Assembly (NCBI RefSeq): GCF_009914755.1
Contig: NC_060927.1
DNA from: the human T2T-CHM13v2.0 reference genome, Homo sapiens
Length of the DNA: 64,000 nt
Reading direction: 5' to 3' (one strand)
Of this stretch, positions 15,988 to 29,986 are shown piece after piece (within the stretch, counting starts at the first letter, position 1; every line of letters begins with the position of its first letter). The notes under the pieces are model-generated. The model did not search any database, was not told the DNA's origin, and saw only the letters and a list, made by a program, of their open reading frames with translations. The translations under genes were made by a program, and so were the position numbers.

Positions 15988-16583
15988 CAGGGGTTAGTTT
16001 AACATCTTAAAATGAATTAAAGTACTACATCATATTAATAGAATAAAGAAAAAAATCACAAGATTATTTCAATCAGCTCAGAAACAGCATTTGACAAAAT
16101 TCAGTACCCCTTCATGATAAAAGCAGTCATCAAACTAGTAACAGAAGAGAACTACCTTAAACTCATAAGGGTCATCCATGAAAAACCCACAGCTATTATA
16201 ACATCCTACTTAATTGTGAAAGACCAAATGCTTTCTTCTTAAGATCAGTAAATAGACAGGATGTTCATTCTAACTACTCTATTAAACATTTTACCGGAGA
16301 TTCTAGCCAGGGCAATTAGGCAAGAAAATAAAATCAAAGTCATCTCGACTGGGAAGAAGGAAGTAAAACAATTGCTATTTGCAGATGACAGGATCTTGTA
16401 TGTAGAACATTCTTTAGGAATCCATATAAACACAAAGTTTATTGGAGCTTAAAAAACAGCCATTCAGCAATGTTAAATGGTTCAAGGTCAAGACATAAAA
16501 ATAAATTACATTTCTAAACACTAGCAGAAAATAATCTGAAAATGAAATTAAGAAAACAATTGCAATTACAATAACATCAAATA
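15988..16583 (+). mobile_element. L1M ORF2 RT-domain fragment
   Basis: gcatttgacaaaattcag...; ORF 16261-16452 [16 protein letters not shown]...LFADD. Confidence 0.85.
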
Positions 16584-16835
16584 CATAAGCCAGGCACAGA
16601 AAGACAAATATTGCATGTTGTCATATGTGGGAGCTAAAAACATTGATCTCATAGAATTAGTGAGTAGAATGATGGTTACCAGAGGCTAGGAAGGATAATG
16701 GGGAGAGGGTGATAAAGAGGGGTTGGTTAATGGGTACAAAAATACAGTTAGTAGAAATAAGATCTAGTCAGTAGCACAATAGGGGGCTATCTTTATCGAT
16801 AATTTATTGAATATATTTCAAAATAACTACAGGAT
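16584..16835 (+). mobile_element. L1MA 3'UTR fragment without polyA, embedded in the L1MB-type element
   Basis: ataagccaggcacagaaagacaaata...tgggtacaaaaatacagttag...atttcaaaataact. Confidence 0.7.
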
Positions 16836-16839
16836 TAGA

Positions 16840-17728
16840 CTACATTAAATTTAAACAATGTACAAAAATAGTTCTCCCAAGAAGATATACAAATGGCTAA
16901 TAAGCACATGAAAAGATGTTTAACATCATTAACCATTAGGAAAATGCAAATCAAAGCCACAGTGAGAAACCTCAAAACTACAATGGAATACCACATCACA
17001 TGTACTAGTATGGCTAAAATTTGAAAATAACAGATAGTAAGTATTGATAGGGTTGTAGTTATAGAAATTGGAACCCTCAAACACTACTGGTATGGAATGT
17101 AAAGCAGTGCCACCATTTTAGAAAATAGTTTGATGGTTTCTCAAAAGATTATACATACAGTTGCCTTATGAACCAGCAATACCTCTCTTAGGGCATATAC
17201 CCCAAATAAATAAAGTATATGTTCATAGAAAACTTGACGCAAATACTTATAAAAGCATTATTAATAATAGCTAAAAGTAGAAAAGTCTAAATGTCTATCA
17301 ACTGATGAATGAATAAATAAAATGTGGTGTATCTATACACTGGAATATTATTAAGCAATATAATGAAGACTTATAGATCCTACATATAGACTAACTTTGA
17401 AAACATTTTGCCAAAGGAAAGATGCTCATCACAAAATACCACATATTGTATAATTCCACATGCTTAGTATATGACATGTCCAGAATACACAGATCTGTAG
17501 AGACAGAAAGTAGATTCCCTGCGGCTTAGGACTAGAGGTTTGGAGGGAAATAGGGAGAGACTGTGAAGCAGTACAGAGTTTCCTTTTGGAGTAATGAAAA
17601 TGTTCTAAAATTGATTGTGGTTATGGTTGCATAGCCACGTGAAACATGCTAAAAAAAAATTGAAGTTTATACTTTAAATGGGTGAGATGTATGCTATGTA
17701 AATTGTATCTCAATAAAAGTGTTATATT
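16840..17728 (+). mobile_element. L1MB-type ORF2 end + 3'UTR
   Basis: gaagatatacaaatggctaataagcacatgaaaagatg...tgaaaatgttctaaaattgattgtgg...tatctcaataaaa. Confidence 0.85.
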
Positions 17729-18453
17729 AATACAAATCTCAGGGTTCTCTTTCTCCATCATAGAACAACAAAAAAATTCTACCCAGGAACTCAGGGACTA
17801 ATGAGCAAGAGTTTCCATTGTTGTTGTTTTTTTAAGCAGTGATCTGTCAAGCATGTTTTGTTTACTTCTGTGTTATTTTTGCTTTTTCTGTCAACTTTTT
17901 TATTGTATGCTAAATGCAAAACTATTCCTAACTTCTTTACATCCTTAAATGATTATTTTAATAAATTATCTTAAGTATTGGTTATGAAAAATGTAAAATT
18001 AAAAGCTAAAATATTTTCTAGAATAATAATCAAATTGATTATTTGAAAGCAGAAAATGGGTGAAATATAATTTGACAAATTGAAAAAGAAAAAAATTATA
18101 GGATCTATAAATTTAGGCCCAGGAAACAATAGAAACACTTTGAAACTGAAATAGTAACACTTTTATTAAAACAGAATTTCAGAGATAAATTTAGATGTAA
18201 TTTTGGCTCATCTAACAGATATTAAACATTTCATTTAAACTATAGCTGCCAAATGAATTGACCTGAAAAGAATCACAAAGCTCAGACCACTCAGAAGTGC
18301 AGGCCCTTTAATTTCCATTTTCAGGTAATGTCTTCATTATTTCTTACTATGTCATTGTATCTGAAGAGGAAGTTCATGGTCATGTATGGCAGGCTAAGTC
18401 AATTAGAGTTGTAAACCTATTAATGCTCTCTGGCCTTAAATAGATTTCTTTGA

Positions 18454-18760
18454 GGCCAGGCGCGGTGGCTCACGCCTGTAATCCCAGCACTTTGGGAGGC
18501 AGAGGTGGGTGGGCCACCTGAGGTCAGGAGTTCGAGACCAGCCTGACCAACATGGTGAAACCCTGTCTCTACTAAAAATACAAAAATTACCTGGACATGG
18601 TGGCAGGCGCCAGTAATCCCAGCTACTCAGGAGGCTGAGGCAGGAGAATTACTTGAACCCAGGAGGCAGAGGTTGCAGTGAGCAGAGATAGTGCCACTGC
18701 ACTCCATCCTGGGCACCAGACTGAGACTCCATCTCAAAAAAAAAAAATAAATAAATAAAA
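18454..18760 (+). mobile_element. AluS (Sx/Sq-like)
   Basis: Full dimer; near-identical TSD aaatagatttctttga / aaatagttctctttga. Confidence 0.92.
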
Positions 18761-18949
18761 TAGTTCTCTTTGATTATTTTAAAACAGATGTGTCACCTTA
18801 GTAATACAGCTCAAGACTTTCATATTTTTGGTACTAGTTCAACCTGTTCAGAATCTAAAGCAAGACAGTGAGAGTGAGACTAGTCACTTGCATAGTTCTA
18901 AAAGCAATAACTTCAAATACAAGTTGCAAGAATAGTTAGTAAAAATAAA

Positions 18950-19008
18950 TAAGGAAAGAAAGAAGAAAGGAAGGAAGAAAGAAGGGAGAGAGGGAGAGAA
19001 AGAAAAGA
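18950..19008. repeat. GA-rich low-complexity tract
   Basis: aaggaaagaa...gggagagagggagagaaag. Confidence 0.85.
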
Positions 19009-19949
19009 CATACAATGCCATCTAACTCACTTCGCTTGTCCAAAATGCTAAAGTTTCAGTGACCAGAAATTTGTTATATTCCATTTATACAATGCTATTT
19101 TTGCTTCAGCATAAAACTCTGACATGGTGCCAAGTTGTTGAGTGAGGTCTAATCCTCCCAAGTGGGATGGATTGAGCAACTTGTGAGTGATAACATTGAT
19201 CCCTGGATACCATTGCTCCATTGCCTTATAATATGCTTGGCCAATTAATCAGGGGTTTCTAGCTAGCTACTGGATTGCTTGTCTTTCGCTATCAGGGAGC
19301 AAATTTTAGCTATCTCAGTAACAAAATTTGTGTCTTCATTTACATATATGTTCAAAATGTAATTACCCTTGGGTTTATGAAGACATTGATTTCAAATCTG
19401 AGTTTTTAATTCACCTGGGGAGAATTTTCAATTGTAACAAATCACTTGCAAGTTTCTTGCCCCTTTATCGTTGGATGACTGAGGTATCATGTGAGTTTTG
19501 TTATCTATCTCTAAGTGCTTTCCTTCAGGTGGATTTATATGTAGGCACTTATAGGTGGCTAGCACGATACTAGAAACCCCCCAGTGAAGGCAGTAAGGGT
19601 TGTTATTTCTTCTCATAACTCATCAGAATTCACAAAGTCTATCATTTATGCAGCTATTCTAGCCTGTGCTTAGAAAAGATAATTTTATCTCACTGAGTAT
19701 AATAATATTTGATAAGGACTATGAATTTTAAAAATGAAAGGAAATAATAACAGTGTGTGACACATTAACTCATACAGCTAAACAAGTTCTAAAAAAAAGC
19801 TTAAATAGTCTAAAGAAATAGTCTAAGAAAGGAAATAGATAAGCACTCCAGTTTACAAATAGCTAATCCTTCATCACTCTTTACTTTTTAAAATATGAAT
19901 GTAGTTTATTTTTTCTGTATTTTCTATCTCCTTAATTTTTCCTTGCATT

Positions 19950-20600
19950 TTTATATTTTATTTTTATATTGACAGAAAACTTGTTTCTTTTTATTATGTA
20001 CAACGTGATGTTTTGAAGCGTATATACATTGTGAATGGTTAAATCTAGCTAATTAACACACGCAGCACCTCACACAGTTATCATTTTTTGGTGCTAGCAC
20101 ATAACATTCAGTCTCTTTACATATCTCAATAATTCAATATATCATCACTAACTATAGTCATCTTGAGGTATGAGAGATCTCATTAAATTTATTCCTTCTG
20201 CCTAACTGTAATTTTGTATCCTTTGATAAACAGCTCTCCATCTCCTCCCTCCCCTAATCACAACAGCCTCTGATGATCATTCTCTCCATGAGATCAACTT
20301 TCTTAGATCCACATATGTTAGATCATGCAGTATTTGCCTTTCTGTGCTTGACTTATTTCGCTGAACCCAATATCCTTCAGCTTCATCTATGTTGACACAA
20401 ACGACAAGATTTCTTTCTTTTTTAATGGCTGAATGTTATGGCTGTATGTGTGTGTGTATACACACACATACATACGTACACACAAACACACATGCACACT
20501 ATATATATATGTATACTGAAAATGTGATATTTGTATCACATTTTCTTTATCCATTCATCCAACAATGGACACCTAGTTTGGTTCCATGATTGTGGCTTAT
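19950..20600 (-). mobile_element. L1MA 3' end
   Basis: tacaacgtgatgttttgaag...aactatagtca...agatcatgcagtatttgcctttctgtgcttgacttatttc. Confidence 0.85.
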
Positions 20601-20851
20601 AATAGGAATAAACATTAGAAATAGCATTATGGTCTACAACAAATTAAAACACTGGGAATGTCTAAAATTATGTTTCAAAAATCTATAAATTCTTAGCTGT
20701 CATTTGCAAGTGGTTGGGTAAATGTTTTCAAAATTGCATGTGATGTGGCAGATCAGGGCAATCAATTTTTACATATTTATATTTTGTTATATAAAATTGT
20801 TGCAAATAACTGAAACATTAGCTGTGGCCATCTCTGGGCACTAGGCTAAGC

Positions 20852-21820
20852 TTTTTTTAATTCCATTTTTAATTGACACATAATTGTACATATTTATGGG
20901 TTATAGTGCGATGTTTCCATAAATGTATACAATGTATAAATAATCAAATCAGGGTAATTGGCCTATTGATCAGGGGTATCTGTCTAGCTACTGGATTGCT
21001 TGTCTTTTGCTATCAGGGAGCAACTTTTGACTATCTCAGTGACAAAATTTGTGTCTCCATTTTCATATATGTTCAAAATCTAATTACCCTTGGCTAATTA
21101 CTCTGATTTGATTATTTGCACATTGTATATATGTATGAAAACATTCACCACTTATATGTGATAAGAACACTCAAAATCTGATCTTTTTGTTATTTTGAAA
21201 TGTACAATACATTATAGTTAACCATAGTCACCCTACTCTGCATTAGAACACCAGAACTTATTCCTTCTGTATAAGGAATAAGGACATTGTAACATAGTGT
21301 TTATTGACCAACTTCTCTCCATCTCCTCTCTCTGCTACCTTTACAAGACTCTGGTAAATACTATTCTACTCTCTACTTTTATGAAACCCAATTGTTTTAT
21401 ATTCCGAATAAGGGCGAGATCATGGGTAATTTGTCTTTGCCTAGCTTATTTCACTTAACGTAATGTCCTTCAGGTTCATTCATGTTGTCACAAATGACAG
21501 GATTTCCTCCTTCTTTGTGGCTGAATAGTATTCCATTCTGTATATATACAACAATATTTTATCCATTTATCCATTGATGGACACTTAGGTTGGTTCCTTA
21601 TCTTGGCTATTGTGAATAGTGCTATAATGGTGGGACTGCAGATGTCTCTTCAACGTATTGATTTTACTTCTTTTGGATAAAAACCCAGTAGTAGGATTGC
21701 TGGATCATATGATAGTTCTATTTTTATTTTTTTGAGGAGCCTCAGTGCTGTTGACCATAATGTTTATACTAATTTACATCCTCACCAATAGTAGTTAAGA
21801 GGTCTCCTTTCTCCACATTT
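20852..21820 (-). mobile_element. L1MA 3' end with an internal templated insertion
   Basis: ttttaattgacacataattgtacatatttatggg...aaccatagtcaccctactctgc...gattgctggatcatatg. Confidence 0.85.
20958..21093 (+). repeat. 136-bp direct copy of 19237-19372
   Basis: Ungapped manual alignment, about 13 mismatches. Confidence 0.9.
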
Positions 21821-23312
21821 GTTTATAGGTATACTGACTAAACACTAATAATGCTAACCTTGGTCACTTGGCTAAGATAGTACTTGCCAGGTTTCTCCAC
21901 TGTAAAGTTTCTCCCTTCCCCACTTTCCATATTTTTTTTGGAGGATTGCTACTTCTTTTAGCTTGTACCTAGAAGGGGCTCAGAAATTCAGACCACAGAT
22001 ATAAGGCTGTGAAAAGATGTATGTTTAATAAGACATGGATAATTGGGTTTGAATTCCAGCTCAGCCTTTGACTGTTTATCTTGGGTGTTTCATGTAACCT
22101 CTCTAAACTCAATTTCCTCATCCATCTTTAGTTATCTTAGAGTATGGTACTGCAATGAGGCAACCCAGGTTTAGCAGCTGATAAATGTAAAACAGTGCTC
22201 AATAGGTGTTTATTCTCTCTGCGTTTCTGTAGAATCTATTCCATACAAGACATCTCTTGACTTCATTTTTCTCACTAGTCACAGAAGATAGGACAGGGGC
22301 TAGATTTCACCCTTGTTACAGAGAATATGGTTCAGAGCTACATCTCACCAAATGTGGAGGTCTATGATGAAAGAGCACCCCCTTTTCTGGCTCCTACCAG
22401 CAACAATCTATTCTTACTCTTATCTAAGTGAAGTTTCAGGTGAGCCGGGCCAATTTTTCTGATCGGGCTTATACAACAAATATTGGAGATGTGCAGATGT
22501 GCAGATGTGTAGGGTTCTGAAACATTCTGGTTAGTAAGATGCACAAGGTTTTGGTAGTGGTTGTCTGTCTTATTTTCTGTCTCTGCTTTTCCCTAAGATT
22601 CCTGGAAAGATAATGTATATACATACACAAGACTGTGCTAATGTAGATGTATACATGCCATTTTATTTTAATTAATCATTTATACAAACTGACTTAAAGT
22701 GCTATAAATGACCAGAATTATGCACATATTTTTGTTTCTATCAGGGACCAACTTAAACTATCCTAGAAGTTTTCATGACCTTTAATCCCATTGGTAACAG
22801 TTATCCACTGCCATCGACTTCCTTCCTTCTTAATGATTTGCTCTACAACTTCCTGAAAAACCGAACTATTCTAGCCCTCTTTTCTTCAGTAAAACTTGCT
22901 GGCTCTTTCTACTCTTGGTCCCTGATGATGGACATCATATTATAAAATATTGGCATACTCTTCTAAAACATCCTACATTTTATATCTCTCATGACTTACT
23001 ATTTATTTTGAACCCTATTTTCACTGCAAGTTATATTCATATTTCTAACTGCTGCAGGTGTCTCAATTTCTCTAATTTTAAAACCAAACCCATTTATTTC
23101 AATACTGTCTCTATTTCTACTCCATATTTCTTTACCCTAACACACACTCACAAAAATGTCTCTGTTTATTTTTTCTTTTTCTTCTCTTTCTTAACAGTAC
23201 TAGTCACTACCTGAAAGCTTTAGAGGCTTGTAGTAATTTCATTTGTTATATTTAATTTTTAGTCTGTACTCAAATGCCTTTCTATGATTACAAGTACAGT
23301 ACTTGAATTTTT

Positions 23313-24119
23313 CAGGGTAAACTAGTATATTTACCTCTTCATGAACTCTGTTAGTTGGAATATGTTTAGCAATTATTTTCCACACAACTCCTTTTTTTTT
23401 TTTAAATGTACTGTCTAATACTGTCATGATTTGTTTACGTACCTGTTCTCCAAAACTGGTTGCCAAACTCTTAAGTTTGCACCAAAGTTCCTCAAATATG
23501 GTGATATGTCACATCCAGAATAGGATATTACTGCTTTGTATTAGTTTGTTCTCATGCTGCTAATAAAGACATACACAAGACTGGGTAATTTATAAAGAAA
23601 GAGGTTTAATGGACTCAGTTCCACATGGCTGGGGAAGCCTCATAATCATGGCGGAAGGTGAGGGAAGAACAAAGACACATCTTATATGGCGGCAGGCAAG
23701 AGGGTGTGTGCAGGGCAACTCCCCTTTATAAAACCATCAGATCTCATGAGACTTATTCACTATCATGAGAACAGCATGGGGAAAACTTGCCCCATGATTC
23801 AGTTACCTCCCACCAGTCCCTCCCATGATACAAGGGGATTATTACAATTAAATGTGAGATTCGGGTGGGGACACAGAGCCAAACCATATACAGGGTAAAC
23901 TAGTATTTTTACCTCTTCATGGACTCTGTCAGTTGGAATCTATTTAGCAATTATTGTCCACACAACTCACTCATGTTTTTTTTTGTAAAATGTACTGTCT
24001 AATATTTTCATGCTTTGTTTATATACCTGTTCTCCAAAACTGGGTGCCAAATTCTTAAGTTTGCACCGAAGTTCCTCAAATCTAGTGATGTCTTACATCC
24101 ACAATAGGACATTACTGCT
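23313..24119 (+). repeat. ~225-bp direct duplication (23313-23535 / 23891-24119) flanking the THE1 LTR
   Basis: Both copies run cagggtaaactagtat...attactgct, ~90% identical. Confidence 0.92.
23537..23892 (-). mobile_element. THE1 (MaLR) solo LTR
   Basis: tgtattagtt...ctgctaataaagacata...aaaccatcagatctcatgagacttattcactatcatgagaacagc...gggtggggacacagagccaaaccatat. Confidence 0.93.
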
Positions 24120-24499
24120 GCTTTTCACACACAGAAGCTAACTATGCCACCTTTCTTTACATTTTTGAGTTGGCTGTTCTCAAAACATAATTATTAAATA
24201 ACAAATCTCTTTGATACTATGTGATGTGGTGACTAAATTCAGTACTGTGGCTATTTTAGTACCTGTTGCATCAGGTATTATATGTATTTTCTAATAAATT
24301 TTTCATATTTTATATATCTTACATGCTAATAAATAAAAATTAAATATCATACCTAGCTTATCATGTCATTTTAACATAGCTAGCAGAAAAGTGAGCCTAT
24401 AATTTGAAATAAAAGTATTAAAGTGATATTCTGCTAGCTGGTTGGTTGGACTGCTAGTTGGTTTCTTGCTTAATTCCTAGTGAAAACTGAACGTAACCT

Positions 24500-24596
24500 G
24501 TCTCTTTATTTTTACTGCTAGCATTTTTCAAAATGCTGACATGTGATAGGAACTCAATCAAAGTTTGTTGAATAAATGAGTAAATGAATGAATAAA
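24500..24596 (+). mobile_element. L2 3' end
   Basis: taggaactcaat...tttgttgaataaatgagtaaatgaatgaat. Confidence 0.6.
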
Positions 24597-25806
24597 CTCA
24601 AATTCGATTCAATTATTCAGAGTAAGAATAATTGATGTTCTTCAACAAATTAAAAACATGATAATTTTTCCACTTGTAGATGAGTTTCTGGAGTTCATCT
24701 CAATCAGAAAGAGAAGTTGTATTCACTTGAGAATAAGTAAATTTTCTCATATATGTTAGTATTAAATTTTACTGTCATTAATTTCACAAAAAAATTCCTG
24801 GGCAATTTTGATGTCCCTAATATTTTAAGAATTGTATTCTCTTCATGGCACTAGCTGTTAGTATCCCCTACAAAACCTGTGAGTTCTTAGGTATCATATT
24901 GGCTTTTAAAGCTACAGCTGTCCTCTTTGTGGAGGAAGTATCTTCTAACATACAGTGGTATTCCTCCATATTATTAATTCCACTCCTGAGAATTACACCA
25001 GGCCTAATCATGAGCCACTGGGTGTACTGTATGCAACATTCTTTCTTGATTGTCCAACTGAATTGCAAAGTGCATCTTGATCAAGACAAGAATTGTTTCA
25101 AGTGATACTTGTAGTTGTAGATTTCATTTTATACATATCCTCAGTGTCTTAAGTGTATCTATTTGAATCTCACATACTCACATCTGCATTCATCACACTC
25201 AGCTCTTTGTCCTAATTTCTTAACTGCCTACCTTAAAATGTAAAACACAAGTGAGAAGAAAGAGATATACTTTCACAAGTAGCTACAGGATTAATTCCAT
25301 TTCGTTGTTAGTAGAAACCAATATATTAGGTGAAGTTATGGAAATTATGCAAAAACATCTGTGTCTATGTTTAGGAAATTAATTTGAATGGGGGTTATCT
25401 TCTAGTTCTTCTGGGAAAATAACTTTCTCCAAATTCTACTTTCTTTTATCTGCAAGTTTAATTCCATGCCTCCCTCATACTGGAGCCAATTTGTGTCATT
25501 TTTATTTTATTTTCATTTTCATCTAATATATACTTAGAATTATGGCCTGCCTCCATAATTTTTTCCTTTTAAACTTAAAAGGCTTTTCAGAAGAGGGGGG
25601 CACTTTTCTTCAGTAATCATAACTAAAAGGCGTCCAACATTAAGCTTCTCTCATATTTTATTATTCTGTTTCATTCATTATTATAAAACCAAATTCTTTA
25701 TCTTTGTTGTCAAAAAAGGCACCATTTTATCAAGAGTCTACTATTTGCCTTGATTTATATACATTATCTCATTTATTTTCCTCATTCAGTCCTAGGTATT
25801 ATTACC

Positions 25807-26103
25807 TTTTTTTTTTTTTTTTAAATGGAGTCTAACTCTGTTGCCCAGGCTGGAGTGCAGTGGCACAATCTCACTGCAACCTCTGCCTCTGAGGTTCAAG
25901 TGATTCTCCTGCCTCAGCCTCCTGAGTAGCTGGGATTACAGGCACCACCACCACACCCGGCTAATTTTTGTATTTTTTGTTTTTAGTAGAGATGGGGTTT
26001 CACTATGTTGGTCAGACTGGTCTCGAACTCCTGACCTCAAGTGATCTGTACACCTCGGCCTCCCAAAGTGCTGGAATTACAGGCGTGATCCACCCTGCCT
26101 GGC
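25807..26103 (-). mobile_element. AluS (Sx/Sz-like)
   Basis: polyT, antisense dimer, TSD ttattacct. Confidence 0.92.
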
Positions 26104-29100
26104 TTTATTACCTAATTTTATAAATAAGTAAGAGCAAGGTTCAGGAAACCCATATAGCTTTCCTTAGGTAAAGCAGCCAGGTCTCACCAGGTCTGAGTCC
26201 CCTGCTCCCTCTTCTATTCATAGATGCTTACTCTTCTTAAGTAGTTGACAAGATTTCTTTCCAAGTTTAGTAAGTTTGATTGCCTGCTGCTATATGTTAA
26301 TTCTTGTAAAGATAAAGATTTTTTTAAAATGTCCACTTTTTTTTAAAGTAGTTTTGGTATGTTGGTGTATTTTACCATTCTGTAGAATTAGGACAGTCAC
26401 TACTTCTTTGTAGTTGGCTGTGGAGAGTGTCTGGGGAAATGAACAAAATCAACTATCAGAATGACATCCATGAATCTAGATCTTGGAAAGTGGCACTGCT
26501 GTTATATAATATAAAGCTCCAATTCATCAATTATTATTATTATTATTTACAGCATGAGTTGGCCAATGGATAGGACCCCTTGCAGTTGAAGCCTCATAAC
26601 GGATAACATTTTACAAATATAACCTTGGAGAATTATAGATGCCCTACGGACTTAACAAATTGAAAAAAGATCTTCAGAGATGACACAGGCCATCCCTCAG
26701 TCTCTGAAAAGAACAGAGCTTACCTCAGATGTAAAATAGGAATTTTATTGGTCTTCTAATGTTAATCAGCACATTCACTAAGAAAGGAAAGTTCTGGCAA
26801 ATCAGTAAACAAATACTTGGCCCTACGTTCTGGTTAGTAGCACTCAAGTACTATTTAGTTTCCTTGACCCATATATTTGAAAGTTACATATAATTATCAG
26901 AGTATGACAACAGATTCTCACTACTTGTATTATTAGGATGTTTTGGCCCATTAGGATTCTTTGGTGTTTCTGTCACAAGTGAGAAGGTATGTGAATTGAT
27001 TCTGGGCTAAGGTTATTCAATGGGTAAATATAAAGCAATTATTTTTATCCACAATGAGGTTGACTTGTACTATGCAGTCATGAATCTTTCTCAAACAAAG
27101 TAAGAGCTCTACTAACCCTCACACATTTGTCTTGAAGCACGGTTAGAATGCTTGAGATCCCTTTTCAGACTCAGTAAGCTGATAAAACCTATCCTTTATG
27201 AATAAAAATGACAAGACTAAAGTGTATTTAAGAAGATTCTCAGAGCATAAAGACACATGTTTGTCTATGCACATGTGTTTATGTGTGTATAATGTGTTCT
27301 CTCTTTTTAAAAAATGAACAGGAAATATTAGTCATTTTTGAACACATGCAAAGAACAAAATAATCTCAGCTAAAAGGAATGGTTTTCCCTTTTTCAGGAA
27401 GTTTAAAGCAAGTGTCTGAATATAGGGCTTGCAAAATAATTGTTTTCTCCAACAGAATTATAGCATAATTACTGAGGGGCCATAGTATACTTTATACTGC
27501 TCTGTTTGAACTCTCTATTTTTTATCCTTTAGAAGATTTTACTGCACTGAACTCAGAACAGAGGTCACAGTCTACACATCTGACAAATAAGTACAAAAGG
27601 AGAAATCCTAAATAGAAAATGCTTAAACTACATTCCACATAGTAATATAGCACCACTTTTAACCCTTATTTTAGTTATGCTAATCCAATATCTAACCCAT
27701 CCAAGATTCAATTAAATAAGGAATTCAGTAATGTACAGTGGAAAGCTACTTACTCCCATAAGAGACTATTTATTTTTAGCTATAGGTTCTTAGAATCTTC
27801 TGGATACTTTCCTAGTCTTTTCAGTGGAAGCAATGTGAATACATACACCTATCAAGTCTAAGTATTTGGAGTTGAATAGAAATGTACTCAGTATTAAAAT
27901 ACAAGTGATCATATATCTCAGGCAAAATGTACTTCAAAGAGCCTTTTGCCATCCACTGAAAAGAAGAAAATGCCATAGTGAAGATTCTATATCTCTATGT
28001 AAATGCTTTGAACAAGTGAAAATATTAATGATTAAAAATTATAAATACTAATGATTAAAATTAAATAGTTGTACTTCAACACTCAGTTTCTTTTTACTTT
28101 CAGTTTTTACTCTGAAATAATCATGTCTGCATTCACTGTCCTATATTCCAAGTCTAAATTAGAATGGTGTAATTCTGAACTATTTGTAAAGGGAATTTAA
28201 AACTTAAGTGAGGATAAAAGGCTAGGTTGATATTCATTCTACCAGAAAATTTATAACTCAAATTGTGGGTATTATTAAACTTTGGGATGTAATTTCTGCT
28301 TTTGGAAATTCTTTATCTCCTTTGTTTTCTAGTTTTTATAGCTGTGTGACATAAATTCTAATTTCCAAACAACTTAATAGCAAAATTTATTCTGATGTTC
28401 TAAAGTCCTTCAAAAGTATTTAATAATGGAGACCACTCAATTATATTCCAAAACCTAGTGTTTAGCTTATATTGTTTTTATAATATGTGTGGAGTAAAGA
28501 GGAGGGTGAAACTATTTTCAAACTACATGTAAAATAGGACAAAAATTCTACCATTTTAACACACGTTAATAACTATTGCTCATACCTTCAAAATTTTTCA
28601 TAGAATGGAATACTATTGATTATATTTTCATGAACTATCATATGTAAAAAGAGTATATATAACATGTATGTTCAGTTTTTAAAGGTTAATAATAAAACCT
28701 GAGGTACCACTGCTTTCCTTCAATGGTGGTGCAAACATTGCTACTGCCTCACCTTTCATTTTGGAATTGATCACTGTCCCGAAGTTTGTGTCTATCCTTC
28801 TCTCATATTTCTTTTAATTTTATTATAGTACATATAGGATATGTTAGGTATTTATGAATTTAGAAAGATCATACTTCTTTATGTAATGACGCATTTTTGT
28901 CATAACCACAACTTTAAGGATTCTGTACAGCTAAACGAGCTTAAGTTTAATCTAGGTATTTCCCCTTATTTAATTTATTTTTCATCTCTTTTTGTCCTTA
29001 TGTTTTATGTGTACCTTGCATATGACATATGACTGAATTTTGTTTTAATAAGTTCTGATATATTTTAAATTGAAAATTTTAGTTTATTTACTTTGATTAC

Positions 29101-29285
29101 AGATACAGGGTTTGTTCTACACTATGTGTTTTTTTTTTTTCTTTTTTAGGTTCAGCTTTTTTGTCGTTTTTTTTTTTTTTTTTACATTCATTTTCTTTCT
29201 ACTGTCTTGTCTTCTTTTGGGCTGATGGCTAAGTTATATTTTCTTTTCTTTTTCTGCCCATTCAAGAGTTTGGAATTTGTATACT

Positions 29286-29831
29286 TGTCTTAGTCTGTTT
29301 GGGCTGCTATAACAAAATACTGTAGGCTGGGTAGCTACTAAACAACAGTAATTTATTTCTCACAGTTTTGGAGGCTGGGAAGTCCAAGATCAAAGACTTG
29401 ACAGTTTTGGTGTCTGGTGAGGGCTTGTGTCACAGACAGTCATTCATAGACAGTGTCTTCTGCTATATCCTTATATGGTGGAAGGACCAAGGCAGGCTCC
29501 CTGGGGCCTCTTTTAATAAGGTGTCAATTTTAATAATAGTATCAATTTTGACTGCAACTGGCAATCTATAAATGTACAAGTTTTTCACATTCTTGCAAAT
29601 GTTGTGTATTGTAATTATATATTTCTTTTAGTGCTAATTAAATTGTGGAAAGTTATTCTTTATTGTTGATATTTTCATACATTGATTAACTAGTATTTTC
29701 ACTAATCCCATTTATAAGGGCTCCATCCTGATAATCTAACTACCTTCCAAATGTCCCATCTCCTAACACATCACATTGGTGATTAGGTTTCAACATATGA
29801 ATGCTGGTAGGACAAACATTCAGACCATAAA
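29286..29831 (-). mobile_element. MLT1A/MST-type MaLR LTR interrupted by a ~180-bp insertion
   Basis: tgtcttagtctgtttgggctgctataacaaaatac...ggaggctgggaagtccaagatcaa...[insert]...cactaatccca...caaacattcagaccata. Confidence 0.88.
29537..29701 (+). repeat. Near-identical copy of 30528-30688
   Basis: 2 substitutions plus a 4-nt indel by manual alignment. Confidence 0.93.
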
Positions 29832-29986
29832 AATACTTGATTTCTATTTTTTTTAGTGGTTACTCTAGAAATTTCAACAGCTGTGTTTAACTTATACTAT
29901 AAATTATACATAGTTAATTTATATTTATAGAATAAGTACCCCAATGTGAGATTTCAGCATCAAGGGTTGCATGTTTAAATAGATTA

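Noticed and set aside
26724-26777. Minus-strand 54-nt exon-like segment (ctttcctttcttag ... GAG|gtaagc)
   Set aside because: Stops in all three frames and no supporting context; at most a non-coding exon that I cannot support.
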